64,000 bases of DNA from Kiritimatiellia bacterium. GTDB lineage: Bacteria; Verrucomicrobiota; Kiritimatiellia; UBA8416; JBFIFS01. Shown here piece after piece: positions 34,802-46,182 of the stretch. The stretch is taken from NCBI GenBank assembly GCA_041602695.1, contig JBFIFS010000001.1:13097-77096 (forward strand), written 5' to 3'. Each line of letters begins with the position of its first letter. Position 1 is the stretch's first letter. The position numbers and the translations under genes were made by a program. A model generated the notes under the pieces. That model did no database searches and had not been told where the DNA came from. It saw only the letters and a list, made by a program, of their open reading frames with translations.

Positions 34802-36163
34802 TCAGGCACGGTATTTGTTGAGCTTCCTGTGCAGGGTTCGCCTGCTCACGCCCAGTTCCTTGGCCGCCTTCGTAATGTTGTTCCCATTACGTTCTAGTGC
34901 CGAAAGAATCATTTCCTTTTCGGCATCCTGCAGCGAGCCTGCAGCGGAAGGAGCATCCCTCCCGCTAAATGATGCCGAGTCTATTTCGCTGCGAATGCTC
35001 GTTGGCACGTCGCGGGCCGTAAGTTTGCGGTTTCGGGCGAGGACACCCATCTTCTCAATAGTATTGCGCAGCTCGCGAACGTTGCCAGGCCAGGAATAGG
35101 CAGAGAGCAGGTTGATGGCGTCAGCGGTAATGCCTTGTATATCAGTATTGTTGCGCTCATTTATTTCGTTGATGAAGTGCTCACAGAGCAGAGGAATGTC
35201 GTCCTGTCTTCTCCTCAGCGGCGGAAGGTCGATGTTTACGACATCCAGCCTGAAAAAGAGGTCCTCTCGAAACCTCCCCTCCCTGACCAGCTGCTTAAGG
35301 TCTTTGTTGGTGGCCGCTACAAGGCGAATATCAACATCGATCAGCTCAGAGCCCCCGACTCGCTCGAACTTGTGCTCCTCGAGGACCCGGAGGAGTTTGA
35401 CCTGCACCTCCGGTTCGATTTCGGAAATTTCATCGAGGAACAGGGTCCCCCCATCCGCGGTTTCAAACCGGCCCCGCCTTCGCGTTGTTGCTCCTGTGAA
35501 TGAGCCCTTTTCATGTCCAAAGAGTTCGCTTTCGAGAAGGCTCTCAGCAAGAGCTGCACAGTGAACGGCTACAAATGGACCTCGCGCCCTTGTGCTGTGG
35601 CGATGGATGGCGTTGGCGACCAGCTCCTTTCCCGTGCCGCTCTCGCCCTGAATCAGAACCGAGGACTGCGTTGGTGCGACTTGCCGCACCATCTCAAACA
35701 CTTCCTCCATGACCCTTGAGCTGCCGACTATGTTTTCCAGTCCGAATTTCTTGTCGAGACGCTCCTTCAGCTGCGCGTTCTCAGTCTCCACTTTCCGGGC
35801 CCGTACGGAGCGCTTGAGAAGCATGTCAAGGTGATCCAGGTTTACAGGCTTCATGAGGAAGTCATAGGCACCCTTCTTCATCGCCTCCACAGCGGTTTCC
35901 ACGTTGCCGTACGCGGTCAGAAGCATGACGATCAGCCCGGGCATTCTTGCCAGAGACCTCTGCATGAGCGTGATTCCATCCATCCCTGGCATCCGTACAT
36001 CGCTCAGCATTATGTCAACCTGCTCGGTGTCCAGAATTGCCAGGGCGGCCTCCGCACTCTCAGCGATCAACACGTTCCAGTCAAATCGCAGGGCCTGCTG
36101 AAGGCCGTCCCTCGTGTTTTTATCATCATCAACGACCAGAACCGTAAACATATCCTTGCCCAT
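34802..36163 (-). CDS. Sigma-54-dependent response regulator (NtrC family)
   Basis: Intact receiver (VVDDD, LSDVRMPGMDG, LLTAYG, MKP). Intact AAA+ (GESGTGKE, GSFTGA, TLFLDEI, WPGNVRELRN). Fis-type HTH (NITKAAKELGVSRRTLHRKLNKY). Confidence 0.9.
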   Translation of the reverse strand: MGKDMFTVLVVDDDKNTRDGLQQALRFDWNVLIAESAEAALAILDTEQVDIMLSDVRMPGMDGITLMQRSLARMPGLIVMLLTAYGNVETAVEAMKKGAYDFLMKPVNLDHLDMLLKRSVRARKVETENAQLKERLDKKFGLENIVGSSRVMEEVFEMVRQVAPTQSSVLIQGESGTGKELVANAIHRHSTRARGPFVAVHCAALAESLLESELFGHEKGSFTGATTRRRGRFETADGGTLFLDEISEIEPEVQVKLLRVLEEHKFERVGGSELIDVDIRLVAATNKDLKQLVREGRFREDLFFRLDVVNIDLPPLRRRQDDIPLLCEHFINEINERNNTDIQGITADAINLLSAYSWPGNVRELRNTIEKMGVLARNRKLTARDVPTSIRSEIDSASFSGRDAPSAAGSLQDAEKEMILSALERNGNNITKAAKELGVSRRTLHRKLNKYRA

Positions 36164-36168
36164 GACTT

Positions 36169-37383
36169 CTAACCCTCTTCCTTGGATGTATAGCCCCGGC
36201 TGCCCGGGTCTGAAAGGAGGCGCACCTGCCTTTCAACCAACGGCAGCAAGATAACAAATTCTGTACCTTCGCCAGGCTCCGTCTTTATGCTGATCTGCCC
36301 GCCGTGGTCCTGTACTATGCGCTGCACAATCATAAGTCCAAGCCCCGAGCCTTTGTCCCTGGTCGTATAATACGCCTCGAAGATGTGCGCAAAATCCTCC
36401 GGCTTGATGCCCGCGCCATCGTCCTTAAAGGCCACACGCAGGAACTGCCGGTCAGCTGAGATGCCGATATCCAGGTTTCCGCCGTCTTTCATGGCCTGCA
36501 TGGCGTTTTTGATGACGTTGAAGAACGCCTGCTTGATCTGGTCCCTGTCCAGCCTGATTTGAGGAATCTTTTCGGGACAATGAATTGCGACGCCGATTCT
36601 GCGGCTCTCCACGTCATGCTTCATGAGCGTGAGAACTTCCTTGAGGACGTCATCAACACCTGCCAATGCCAGGTCTGGTTTAGCGGGGCGTACCGCCTTC
36701 AGAAACTGCGTAATAATGATGTCAAGGCGTGATACCTCCGTTCTGCATACAGAAACCATCTCTTTGAGTCTTTCCCTGTCGCCGTGCCCCTCTTCGCCGT
36801 CTCCGATACGCTTGATCTCTCGGTCAAGGAGCTGCAGGTGAATGTTAAGTGCATTAAGCGGGTTGCCTATTTCGTGGGCCACTCCGGCAGCAAGCAGTTT
36901 CACCGCGTTCACTTTCTCTGACTCAATGTTGGATGCCTCCTGCTCCCTGTCACGGGTAACATCTCTGAGTATTAGAACCGCCCCCGTTCCCTCCTCGTCA
37001 ACGGAAGCGAGCGGGACAACATAGAAGCTTATATACCTGTGCTCAGGGTAGAAGACCTCGATCTCCCGCGTAACGAGAGCTGACGAGACACCGCCCGGTT
37101 CTTCGAAAAGGCTGTCCACGTTGACCTCGCGCATAAAGCGCTGGAGCTTCGCCCGCTCGGCGTCAGCTACACTTAGCCCCAGCAGTGACTCCACAGCCCT
37201 GTTCGCGTATGTGACTTGTCCGCCGCCGTCCAGGACGATCACCCCTTCCTGGATTGACTGAAAGATTGTTTCAAGGAGCCCCCTCTCCTGCACAAGGCGC
37301 AGAAAATGCTTCTGCAGGCTCTCGGGATCAAGCTTGTCTATTCGCTCAATTAGTCTGTCTATGAAACCCTGAGTAATCGGCAC
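36169..37383 (-). CDS. Cytoplasmic PAS-domain sensor histidine kinase
   Basis: H-box AAGVAHEIGNPLNAL, N/G boxes (NVIKNAMQAM, DDGAGI, GSGLGLMIV), no TM helix. GTG start at 37383 with AAGGAGG 5 nt upstream. Lies 5 nt upstream of the response regulator. Confidence 0.85.
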   Translation of the reverse strand: MPITQGFIDRLIERIDKLDPESLQKHFLRLVQERGLLETIFQSIQEGVIVLDGGGQVTYANRAVESLLGLSVADAERAKLQRFMREVNVDSLFEEPGGVSSALVTREIEVFYPEHRYISFYVVPLASVDEEGTGAVLILRDVTRDREQEASNIESEKVNAVKLLAAGVAHEIGNPLNALNIHLQLLDREIKRIGDGEEGHGDRERLKEMVSVCRTEVSRLDIIITQFLKAVRPAKPDLALAGVDDVLKEVLTLMKHDVESRRIGVAIHCPEKIPQIRLDRDQIKQAFFNVIKNAMQAMKDGGNLDIGISADRQFLRVAFKDDGAGIKPEDFAHIFEAYYTTRDKGSGLGLMIVQRIVQDHGGQISIKTEPGEGTEFVILLPLVERQVRLLSDPGSRGYTSKEEG

Positions 37384-37518
37384 GCAGACCTCCTTGGAGT
37401 GTGTCAATATGACGCACTTTACATTTATTATGCCTCGTTCTGCAAGAGATATTTGCACTCTTTCACGCTGGTATTATCAGTGGCGTTCAGAACGTCGATA
37501 TGCAATTATGTCACACTT

Positions 37519-38412
37519 ATGACTTTGGTGGGTATAATAGCTGGTCTGACAGCGGCGCTTTTTCAGTCCCTGTCGTATCTCTTTTCCAGGGGGTATGTCA
37601 TGCGCAAGATGGGCAGTCCTCTGCAGCTCGTTCTTGTATCGCAAGTCTATATGGCAGTGCTTTCCATACCGGCAATAGTCATGACCTGGGGGGGCGATGT
37701 CCCAGGGCTTTCCTCCTATCTGGTGCCGCTCCTGGTTTCGACTGGCGCTTACGTGGTTGGGCAGTCATGCCTATTCATCGCAATGCGGCATGCGCAGGCG
37801 TCGCGAATATCGCCGATGCTGGGGTTCAAGACGGTCGTGACTGCGCTGATCACATACATCTTCTTTGACGCCCAGATGGGATGGCAGCAGTGGACGGGCG
37901 TAGCCACAGCAGTATCTGCCGTGCTCGTGCTGAGCATTTCGGGCGGGCGGCTCCCGACAGCCGCGCTTCTGGCACTTGGCGGAGCCTGCCTCTCCTACGC
38001 GGTCTCGGACATATTTATACGGCGCCTCATTGATTCAGTTGCTCCTCTGACCCTCATGCGGGCATCGTTCTACTCAACAGGTATTTCCTATCTCCTATGC
38101 GGCATTGCGGCCCTGGTGGTCCTGGCGCTCACTCGCCAGCTTCCGCTCCTCACGCGCGGGCTGTCTTTCTCGGTCCCGTTCGCGCTCTCATGGCTGACCG
38201 GAATGTTTGCTCTCTTTACGTGCTTCGGCGCGGTGGGCCCCGTTCTGGGCAGCATACTCCAGTCGTCACGAGGCGTTATTTCGATCCTTCTGGCGATCCC
38301 GGCCGCAAGAATGGGCTTTCCAAAGATAGAGCCGTCCTCTCCCGGGCACGTGGTGATTAAGCGGCTTACAGCCGCCTTTCTTATCATACTGGCCGTGTGG
38401 CTCTACCAGTAG
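37519..38412 (+). CDS. EamA/DMT-superfamily transporter
   Basis: About 10 predicted TM helices in two halves. Start set at the ATG at 37519 (MTLVGIIAGL...). Confidence 0.65.
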   Translation: MTLVGIIAGLTAALFQSLSYLFSRGYVMRKMGSPLQLVLVSQVYMAVLSIPAIVMTWGGDVPGLSSYLVPLLVSTGAYVVGQSCLFIAMRHAQASRISPMLGFKTVVTALITYIFFDAQMGWQQWTGVATAVSAVLVLSISGGRLPTAALLALGGACLSYAVSDIFIRRLIDSVAPLTLMRASFYSTGISYLLCGIAALVVLALTRQLPLLTRGLSFSVPFALSWLTGMFALFTCFGAVGPVLGSILQSSRGVISILLAIPAARMGFPKIEPSSPGHVVIKRLTAAFLIILAVWLYQ

Positions 38413-38448
38413 AGTTCCGCGCCCTGGGCCAGCATGCTTAAGCGGCAC

Positions 38449-38482
38449 AAAAAAAACGGCCGTGGTACAGCACCACGACCGT
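38449..38482 (-). terminator. Rho-independent terminator downstream of the HU gene
   Basis: The minus-strand transcript has stem ACGGUCGUGGU / ACCACGGCCGU (11 bp including one G-U) and a 5-nt loop, followed by U8 (A-run at 38449-38456 on the plus strand). Confidence 0.65.
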
Positions 38483-38504
38483 CTTCTTAAAATCTCAAGC
38501 CGGC

Positions 38505-38786
38505 TTAGCCAAGAACTGCGTCTTTAGCTGCCTTAGCAATCCTGAACTTCAGAACTGTCTTCGCTTTGATTTTGATGGCTTCGCCTGTTGCAGGGTTGCG
38601 ACCCATGCGAGCTTTCCTCTTCACCTTGACGAGCTTGCCAAGACCAGGAACCGTAAATCCGTCTTTAGCGCCTTTGTAAGCCATGTCTACGAGTGCTTCG
38701 ATAGCGGCCTTAGCCTGCTTCTTTGAGATGTCCGCTGCTTCTGCTACGCCTGCGATAATCTGACTCTTTGTTTTAGCCTTCGCCAT
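38505..38786 (-). CDS. hup: HU-family DNA-binding protein
   Basis: MAKAKTKSQIIAGVAEA..., arm motif RMGRNPATGEAIKIKA. AAGGAG upstream of the ATG at 38786. The track ORF is extended at its 5' end. Confidence 0.9.
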   Translation of the reverse strand: MAKAKTKSQIIAGVAEAADISKKQAKAAIEALVDMAYKGAKDGFTVPGLGKLVKVKRKARMGRNPATGEAIKIKAKTVLKFRIAKAAKDAVLG

Positions 38787-38835
38787 TGTGTGAACTCCTT
38801 TCAGTTCTGTTTGTAACTCTAAGTCACTGAGCGAA

Positions 38836-38864
38836 AATATATGCTCACGATGCCTGCTAATCAA
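38836..38864 (-). promoter_or_regulatory. Sigma-70-type promoter (TTGATT-17-TATATT) for the HU gene
   Basis: On the minus strand, the -35 TTGATT is at 38864-38859 and the -10 TATATT at 38841-38836, with a 17-nt spacer. Lies about 50 nt upstream of the ATG. Confidence 0.5.
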
Positions 38865-39013
38865 TAAGAATATTCCTATAGCGAAAGTTATTTTTTTACA
38901 TTTCGACCAATGCACGCTTGACTTTTCTGGCACCCCCCATTCCGCGCTCAGGGTCCTTTTCCTACTGGACAGGATGGGGCACTCACATCTAGTCTCTAAG
39001 TGTGAGGTGAAGG

Positions 39014-39265
39014 ATGCCTATTTACGAATACCAGGCTAAGTCAAAAAAGAAGTCGTGCGAACATTGCAAGAACGGGTTCGACGTGATTCAGAGGATTGCT
39101 GACCCGCACTTGGACAAGTGTCCGGAATGCTCCGCTCCCGTCGCTCGGATAATATCGGCACCATCTGTCGGAGCATCACAGGCCAGCTTTGATGACAGAG
39201 CCAAGAGCTCAGGGTTCCACAAGTTCAAGAAGCTGGGCAAAGGCGAGTATGAGAGGCAGTACTAG
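39014..39265 (+). CDS. FmdB-family zinc-ribbon protein
   Basis: MPIYEYQ..CEHC...CPEC is the canonical FmdB/CxxC-x-CPxC arrangement. Confidence 0.75.
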   Translation: MPIYEYQAKSKKKSCEHCKNGFDVIQRIADPHLDKCPECSAPVARIISAPSVGASQASFDDRAKSSGFHKFKKLGKGEYERQY

Positions 39266-39271
39266 CAAGCG

Positions 39272-40186
39272 CTACTTATGACGACCTGACTCAGGGACCA
39301 GAACGTTAAGCGCTGACGGAACCACCTCGATGGATATTTCCCTACCGGCCGACACGAGTTCGCCATCAACCTGTATGTCCGCTTCGTTGTCACGCAGAAC
39401 GACCAGCTTCCGGAACTTAGAGGTTATCAGCTCCTTGATCTTATCAACTGACCCATCGAACAGCCGAGGAAAGTTTATGAGGAACTGCGGAACATCGCGC
39501 TTAAGAGCGATGATGGCCTCAAGGCATCCGTCGTCGGATTCCGCGTTGGGCGCGATTACCGCCCCGCCGCCATACTGACTTAGGTTGGCAACAGTGAAAA
39601 CGATAGGGTCGCTGTATGCCACTTCTTCCCGGTCGTCCATGCGCACTCGTACTGGCTGAGGCCTGTATTGGAAAAACTCATTAACTCCTGCGAAGATATA
39701 CGGGAGTACCCCCCTGACCAGTGACTTCTCAAAAGAACGGACGATCGATGCGTCCCACGCCATGCTGCACGTAACAAGAAACGGCCTGCCGTTTACTTTG
39801 CCGACATCAATGCTCTTTATCGTGGCGTCGGCAAGGGCAGCGGCGGCCTTTGCAGGGCCGAGCGGTATTCCAAAATGCCTTGCGAACCCGTTGCCGCTTC
39901 CTGACGGGATGACCCCTATGCAGGTGTCCGTGCCTATCAGCGAACATCCGATCGAGTTAACGGTGCCGTCTCCGCCAGCAACAAGCACCAGGTCAATGTT
40001 GTCCGCGACGGCTTCCATCGCCTTCGACGTGCCGTCCGAAGGGCTCTTGCAGAATTGATAAGTAAGCTTGCGGCCGGCGATATCCCAGTGCCTCGCAACC
40101 GCCTCGCGCAATGAGTCAAAGGACCACATCAGGCCTGACTTCATGTTCACCAGAACGCGTACAGTCCTTATCGAGGAAGCATCCAT
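39272..40186 (-). CDS. Diacylglycerol-kinase-family lipid kinase (YegS/BmrU-like)
   Basis: VLVAGGDGTVNS catalytic loop, IPSGSGNGFAR; about 300 aa. Confidence 0.8.
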   Translation of the reverse strand: MDASSIRTVRVLVNMKSGLMWSFDSLREAVARHWDIAGRKLTYQFCKSPSDGTSKAMEAVADNIDLVLVAGGDGTVNSIGCSLIGTDTCIGVIPSGSGNGFARHFGIPLGPAKAAAALADATIKSIDVGKVNGRPFLVTCSMAWDASIVRSFEKSLVRGVLPYIFAGVNEFFQYRPQPVRVRMDDREEVAYSDPIVFTVANLSQYGGGAVIAPNAESDDGCLEAIIALKRDVPQFLINFPRLFDGSVDKIKELITSKFRKLVVLRDNEADIQVDGELVSAGREISIEVVPSALNVLVPESGRHK

Positions 40187-40249
40187 GCCTGTATGTTACT
40201 GGTCTTCACTCAAGTTGACAATCCGCATATATTGTGACCAAGATAGATC

Positions 40250-41779
40250 ATGGATGCTGGGGACCATAATCCGCGGACGGGCAAATGCCTGGACCATCTC
40301 GCGACCTGCCTGATTGCAGCAGCTTTCCTGCTATACCCGCTGCTTCGTGCGCTTCAAATGGGCCATCTGCTGACATGGGATGAGGCGATGAATATATGCA
40401 CTGTCAGATCGATGGCATCCCTGGGCAGCGACGATTTTTCCAACTGGTTTTGGCGTCACCCTCCGCTCTACCCGACCCTCATGCTGCTGCTCGCTCCGCT
40501 GCGAAGCGGGTTTATTGCCCGGGTCGAGATATTCAATATACTTTTGGGATCTGCCAACCTGTTTCTTCTGTATCTGGTTAACAGGCGGTTTCTGGGGCGC
40601 CTGACGGCCGCTTTTTCTGTCTTTCTGATTGCGGTCACCCCTGGAAGCGTATTCTTCGACCTCTGGATCAAGCGCGACCACTTGGCCGTCACATTCGCCC
40701 TTCTGGCGTTTTCCTCGATAGGAGCAAAGCGTTATGCAGTCGCTGCCCTGATGGCAGGACTCGGCTTCCTGGCCAAAGAGACTTTTCTCTTCCTCTATAT
40801 TCCGGTATTCCTCGCAGCCGTAGTGCCGGCAAAGAACCGGCCTCATCGCGGCCTGAGGATACTTATTATGACGCTGATCCCAGCGGCCACGGCAATCTGG
40901 TGGTATATTATTGCTTCGCGTTCGGGATCATTCTCAAGCATCGGTCAGCATTTTGCCTTTGCAACGGCTGAGGGCAGCGCCTGGGCTGGAGGGGCCCTAT
41001 TCTACGTTGATCTGCTTCATTCCCTACTCGGCCCGCTTGGCATGCTTTTGCTGTTAGGTGGCGCCATGGTGTGCGTTGCGTTACCGGACCTCCGCTCAAT
41101 GCGAACATGGATATGGCCTCTCTCCGGCGTATTGCTGCCTCTCCTCCTTCTCTCAGTGATCCCAAGAAAAGTACCCTGGATCGTTATAGTCCTTCTTCCA
41201 TGTGTTGCTTCCATCCAGGCGGTAGGCCTGGAATCGTCCCTCAGGGTCCTTGCAGCTCACACGAAAAGGAGCATTACAGTTGGACTTGCGGGCCTGGCAG
41301 CAGCCGCCCTGATAGCTCTGCCCGCTTTCTCTCACTCTCATGAATCAATGCTCATGGAGGTATCTCCCGACCAGCACCGCGGAGCCACGCGCTCCCGTCA
41401 CACCGCGAGGGCGGCCTCCAGCCTGATAACAAATGATGACCGAGTGCTGCTTTCATCATTTCATTACTGGAAGGGCGTGGTTCCGGGGCAGATGTGTCCC
41501 GTATTCACCTGCTATTTCGAGTCAAGGCCCGCAATTCTTCCGGTCCCTCATGAGGCTGCATTCGAGCAGATAGTCCAGCTTATTTCTGAGTATGACCTGA
41601 ACTGGGCTATCGTTTCGCCCGAACCCGGAGCAAATGAGCGCGATGTTCTGGGCGGCTTTATCTCTGATGCGGGACTGGCCCCCGTCAATACAGGCTATGC
41701 CTGCATTTTTGACACATCGCCGCTCCTGGAGGAGCCGCTATCAGGCGCTCTTGATGAGTTCCCGGAATCGTCCGAATAG
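40250..41779 (+). CDS. GT-C-fold membrane glycosyltransferase (ArnT/PMT-like), tentative
   Basis: About 11 TM helices, a first-loop acidic motif (LLTWDEAMN), and a soluble C-terminal domain of about 150 aa. Confidence 0.5.
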   Translation: MDAGDHNPRTGKCLDHLATCLIAAAFLLYPLLRALQMGHLLTWDEAMNICTVRSMASLGSDDFSNWFWRHPPLYPTLMLLLAPLRSGFIARVEIFNILLGSANLFLLYLVNRRFLGRLTAAFSVFLIAVTPGSVFFDLWIKRDHLAVTFALLAFSSIGAKRYAVAALMAGLGFLAKETFLFLYIPVFLAAVVPAKNRPHRGLRILIMTLIPAATAIWWYIIASRSGSFSSIGQHFAFATAEGSAWAGGALFYVDLLHSLLGPLGMLLLLGGAMVCVALPDLRSMRTWIWPLSGVLLPLLLLSVIPRKVPWIVIVLLPCVASIQAVGLESSLRVLAAHTKRSITVGLAGLAAAALIALPAFSHSHESMLMEVSPDQHRGATRSRHTARAASSLITNDDRVLLSSFHYWKGVVPGQMCPVFTCYFESRPAILPVPHEAAFEQIVQLISEYDLNWAIVSPEPGANERDVLGGFISDAGLAPVNTGYACIFDTSPLLEEPLSGALDEFPESSE

Positions 41780-42910
41780 GTAATATGGGTCATGCGGCCC
41801 CGGGCAGGCTTCCGGGTGGTACTGCACGCAAAACATAGGCTCCTTCTTGTGGCGCAGTCCCTCGACGGTCATATCGTTGAGGTTAATGTGCGTCACTTCA
41901 ACCTTTGACTTGTCCAAAGAATCCACGTCTACTGCAAAGTTATGGTTCTGAGAGGTTATCTCCACCTCGTTGGTCATGAGATCCTTCACGGGATGGTTGC
42001 AGCCATGGTGCCCAAACTTCAGGCGAAATGTATTGCCGCCGCAAGCGATTCCAAGGAGCTGATGGCCGAGACATATACCCATCATAGGGACTTTGCCGAG
42101 CAGTTTCCGTGCGGCTTCTGCCGCATAACCAACTGCAGCCGGATCGGCCGGCCCGTTGGAAAGGAAGACTCCATCCGGCTTCATCTTCAGAACATCATCT
42201 GCCGATGTCTGGGCCGGGACTACCTTGACATTCATCCCTGTCAGGCGAAGGCTTCGGAGGATGTTCCATTTGACCCCGAAATCGTATGCGACTACGGTAA
42301 GGTCTGCCTCTGGCAGCTCGTCCGCGACGCCCCAGCTGGCAGTTAGCGACCCGTCAGGATCCCAGTCGTAACCTGCCTCGCATGTCACCTTGCTCGCATA
42401 ATCCTGCCCATCAAGGCCACACCAGGCTTCGGCTTTTGAGATCCCTTCACCCTCCGGTAAGTCCGCGGCCGGCTCGACATGCAAGTAGCCTTTAACAGTG
42501 CCCTGCTCCCTCAGCTTTTCCGTGAGAAGGCGCGTGTCAATCCCGGCTATGGCCGGAATGCCGTTCTTTTTCAGGCAGTCAGAGAGAGCTATCTCGCTGC
42601 GCCAGTTACTTGGGGTGTTCACGTTATGTATGATAAATCCGTTTGCAAAGAACTGGCGAGACTCCATGTCAGCAGCGTTGATGCCCGTGTTGCCTATTTC
42701 CGGGTAGGTCATCGTGACAAACTGGCCGCTGTAGGACGGGTCGCTCAATATCTCCTGATATCCGCTCATGCCGGTGTTAAATACAACTTCACCAACCGCG
42801 TCCGTCTCCGCCCCTACAGAATAGCCCCGCATCACCGTGCCGTCTTCGAGCGCGAGATACGCCCTCTTCTCGCGCTGCTCCTTCCAACTGTATTCTTTCG
42901 CCCTGCTCAT
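41741..42910 (-). CDS. carA: Carbamoyl-phosphate synthase small (glutaminase) subunit
   Basis: [14 protein letters not shown], triad Cys in [11 protein letters not shown]. The ATG at 42910 overlaps the carB stop (ATGA). Confidence 0.9.
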   Translation of the reverse strand: MSRAKEYSWKEQREKRAYLALEDGTVMRGYSVGAETDAVGEVVFNTGMSGYQEILSDPSYSGQFVTMTYPEIGNTGINAADMESRQFFANGFIIHNVNTPSNWRSEIALSDCLKKNGIPAIAGIDTRLLTEKLREQGTVKGYLHVEPAADLPEGEGISKAEAWCGLDGQDYASKVTCEAGYDWDPDGSLTASWGVADELPEADLTVVAYDFGVKWNILRSLRLTGMNVKVVPAQTSADDVLKMKPDGVFLSNGPADPAAVGYAAEAARKLLGKVPMMGICLGHQLLGIACGGNTFRLKFGHHGCNHPVKDLMTNEVEITSQNHNFAVDVDSLDKSKVEVTHINLNDMTVEGLRHKKEPMFCVQYHPEACPGPHDPYYLFGRFRELIKSA

Positions 42911-45900
42911 ATCTTTGCCCTGCTTACATCTATTTTTGGCGCATGCCTGTGGAATTCCTGGAGGCTGCACACGGCAACCTTGCCATTGTCCCTCAGGCTG
43001 CCAAGTCCATCTATGGCCGCGCCCAGTCCGTCCATTGTTGTCGTAATCGGAATGTTCCTGATGACGGCCCTCGCGCGCATCTTCACCTCGTCGCGCATCG
43101 GTGCAGCGCCAGTGGAGGGTGTGTTTATGATCCAGGCGACATTCTTCTCCTCAATCATATCCAGAACGCTTGGCCTGCCCTTCGATATCTTGAACATGGC
43201 GTTGCTCTGTATGCCGTTCTCTCTTAAAACGGTGCTTGTGCCCAAGGTCGCGTAAAGCGTGAACCCAAACTCGGCAAGCTTCTTGGCATGCTCGACAACG
43301 GCCTCCTTGTCGGCATCGCGCACACTGAGGAAAACGTTTCCGCCGGAGGGCAGCGAGTTGCCGGCTGCCATCTGGCTCTTGAGGAATGCCATTCCCTGCG
43401 TGGAATCGATTCCCATTACCTCCCCCGTCGATTTCATCTCCGGGCTCAATATAACGTCTATTCCGGGGCACCTCGAGAACGGGAAGACCGCTTCCTTGAC
43501 CGATTTATGCCTGGGTATAATCTCATCCGTAAAGCCCATGTCCTTCAGCTTGAATCCGGCCATGACAAGCGACGCCAGCTTCGCGAGCGGAACCCCTATC
43601 GCCTTGCTGACAAAGGGTACTGTTCGAGACGCACGGGGATTTACTTCCAGGACATAGACCTCGTCGTCCTGAATCGCGTACTGAATGTTCATGAGGCCGC
43701 AGACACGAAGCTCCTTGGCCAGCGCGAATGTGTGCTTTCGAATGGTCTCCAGCACCGGATCAGAGAGTGTCGCTGTAGGTATAACGCAGGCGCTGTCGCC
43801 GGAATGAACACCGGCGAGCTCCACGTGCTGCATGATGGCACCTATCACGGAAGTGTCACCGTCCGAAATGCAGTCCACATCGACTTCAACGGCCTGCTCG
43901 AGGTAGGCGTCGATGAGAACAGGCCGCTCCTCCGAGACCTCGACGGCCTCCGTCATGTACTTACGCAGCATTTCGTTGTCGTAAACTATAACCATGGCCC
44001 GGCCGCCGAGCACAAAAGACGGACGCATCAGGACAGGGAACCCGATGTCTTCCGCTATGGCTTCCGCCTCTTCGACACTTCGGGCGAGCCCGTTGCGCGG
44101 CTGTTTGATCTTCAGTCTCGTCACCAGCTCCTGGAAATATTCACGGTCCTCTGCCGCCTCAATGCTCGCGGGCGATGTACCGATTATATTTACGCCATTC
44201 TTTTCCAGGTCCGCCGCCAGGTTTAGCGGCGTCTGGCCTCCGAACTGGACGATCGCCCCCCAGCATTTTTCCGTGCGATAGATGTTAAGTACGTCTTCGA
44301 GCGTCAGCGGCTCGAAGTAGAGCCTGTCGCTCGTATCATAATCAGTGCTGACAGTCTCGGGGTTGCTGTTAACCATCACCGTTTCGAACCCTGCGTCGCG
44401 AAGGGCGAAAGATGCATGTACACAACAGTAATCAAACTCGATCCCCTGGCCGATCCTGTTGGGCCCCCCTCCAATGATCATGACCTTCTTACGGTCAGTA
44501 ATGCCCGTGTTGGTAAACTCGGCATAAGTCGAATAGAAATACGGAGTAAAGGCAACGAATTCAGCCGCACAGGTGTCCACGAGCCCATAGACAGGGATGA
44601 GGCCGACTTCTTCCCGGGCCTCTCGGATGTCCGCCTCCTGAACGCCCAGGAGCCATGCAATCTGTCTGTCTGAGTATCCGAATTCCTTGATCTGGCGGAA
44701 GAGTAACAGGTCTGCTTTCAGACCGGATACGTCCTTAGCCGAACGAATTTCATCCTCAAAAGCCACAAGCTCTTCGAGATGACGCAGGAACCAACGGTCA
44801 ATCGTATTCAGTTCGAACACCTTTTCTACCGACCATCCCCGGCGAAACGCCTCATGTATGGCGAAAATACGGTCTCCCGTCGGGACCCTGACCAGCTCTT
44901 CTAGGTCTGCATCGGAAGTATTTTCGAACTTGTCTTTCCCGTCCGCCCCAAAACCGGATCGGCCGATCTCCAGGGAGCGAAGCGCTTTCTGGAACGACTG
45001 TTTAAAAGTACGCCCGATGCTCATGGCTTCACCTACGGATTTCATCTGGGTGCCAAGCTTCTTGTCGGCTTGAGCAAACTTCTCGAAGGCGAAACGAGGA
45101 ATCTTCGTTACAACATAATCAATAGAAGGCTCAAAACACGCCGGCGTTTCTCTCGTGATATCGTTACGGATCTCGTCAAGCGTGTACCCTATTGCGAGCT
45201 TCGCCGCAATGCGGGCGATCGGGAACCCTGTCGCCTTGGACGCGAGCGCGCTTGACCGGGAGACACGCGGGTTCATTTCGATAATAACCATCCGGCCGTC
45301 ATCAGGATTGAGGGCGAACTGCACATTAGATCCGCCTGTATCCACGCCAATCTCGCGCATGACTGCGATAGCCGCATCCCTCATTCGCTGGTATTCGCGG
45401 TCTGTCAGGGTTTGTGCCGGGGCCACCGTAATGCTGTCGCCCGTATGAATTCCCATGGGATCCAGATTTTCGATAGAGCAGATGATGACGACATTGTCCT
45501 TCCCGTCCCTCATCACCTCGAGCTCGTATTCCTTCCAGCCCAATATGGACTCTTCAACTAGGACCTCGTTAATCGGGCTGTAAAAGAGTCCCCTCGTAAC
45601 AATTTCCTCAAACTCTTTTTCGTCATAGGCCACACCGCCACCGGTGCCTCCCAGCGTGAACCCCGGGCGAATTATGAGAGGATAACTGCCTATGTCCGCT
45701 GCGGCCGCTTTTGCTTCCTCCATAGAATGGCAGGAGGCGCTCTTCGGCAGATCCAGGCCTATCTTCAACATGGCCTTCTTGAAGAGGTTCCTGTCCTCTG
45801 CTTTGGCTATGACGTCCGCTTTCGCTCCGACCATTTCCACCCCGTATCGCTTCAGGACGCCCTGCTCAGAAAGAGACATTCCCAGATTGAGGGCCGTCTG

Positions 45901-46176
45901 GCCTCCCAGGGTGGGCAGGAGGGCATCAGGGCGCTCCCTGGCAATGATTTCTGTCAGGATCTCGGGAGTCAGGGGCTCAATGTATGTCCTGTCTGCAAAC
46001 TCCGGGTCAGTCATGATCGTTGCCGGGTTGCTGTTGACCAGCACTACCTCATAGCCCTCTTCCCTGAGGGACTTACAGGCCTGGACACCCGAATAGTCAA
46101 ATTCACACGCCTGGCCAATCACAATTGGGCCAGAGCCGATAAGCATTATCTTCTTGATGTCGGTTCTTTTCGGCAT
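42907..46176 (-). CDS. carB: Carbamoyl-phosphate synthase large subunit
   Basis: 1089 aa with duplicated ATP-grasp halves and an MGS-like tail. [30 protein letters not shown]. Confidence 0.95.
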   Translation of the reverse strand: MPKRTDIKKIMLIGSGPIVIGQACEFDYSGVQACKSLREEGYEVVLVNSNPATIMTDPEFADRTYIEPLTPEILTEIIARERPDALLPTLGGQTALNLGMSLSEQGVLKRYGVEMVGAKADVIAKAEDRNLFKKAMLKIGLDLPKSASCHSMEEAKAAAADIGSYPLIIRPGFTLGGTGGGVAYDEKEFEEIVTRGLFYSPINEVLVEESILGWKEYELEVMRDGKDNVVIICSIENLDPMGIHTGDSITVAPAQTLTDREYQRMRDAAIAVMREIGVDTGGSNVQFALNPDDGRMVIIEMNPRVSRSSALASKATGFPIARIAAKLAIGYTLDEIRNDITRETPACFEPSIDYVVTKIPRFAFEKFAQADKKLGTQMKSVGEAMSIGRTFKQSFQKALRSLEIGRSGFGADGKDKFENTSDADLEELVRVPTGDRIFAIHEAFRRGWSVEKVFELNTIDRWFLRHLEELVAFEDEIRSAKDVSGLKADLLLFRQIKEFGYSDRQIAWLLGVQEADIREAREEVGLIPVYGLVDTCAAEFVAFTPYFYSTYAEFTNTGITDRKKVMIIGGGPNRIGQGIEFDYCCVHASFALRDAGFETVMVNSNPETVSTDYDTSDRLYFEPLTLEDVLNIYRTEKCWGAIVQFGGQTPLNLAADLEKNGVNIIGTSPASIEAAEDREYFQELVTRLKIKQPRNGLARSVEEAEAIAEDIGFPVLMRPSFVLGGRAMVIVYDNEMLRKYMTEAVEVSEERPVLIDAYLEQAVEVDVDCISDGDTSVIGAIMQHVELAGVHSGDSACVIPTATLSDPVLETIRKHTFALAKELRVCGLMNIQYAIQDDEVYVLEVNPRASRTVPFVSKAIGVPLAKLASLVMAGFKLKDMGFTDEIIPRHKSVKEAVFPFSRCPGIDVILSPEMKSTGEVMGIDSTQGMAFLKSQMAAGNSLPSGGNVFLSVRDADKEAVVEHAKKLAEFGFTLYATLGTSTVLRENGIQSNAMFKISKGRPSVLDMIEEKNVAWIINTPSTGAAPMRDEVKMRARAVIRNIPITTTMDGLGAAIDGLGSLRDNGKVAVCSLQEFHRHAPKIDVSRAKI

Positions 46177-46182
46177 TCTTCT

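Noticed and set aside
38928-38945. Perfect TGGCAC -24-like hexamer upstream of the FmdB-family gene
   Set aside because: The -12 position reads ATTCC, which lacks the essential GC dinucleotide at the correct spacing.
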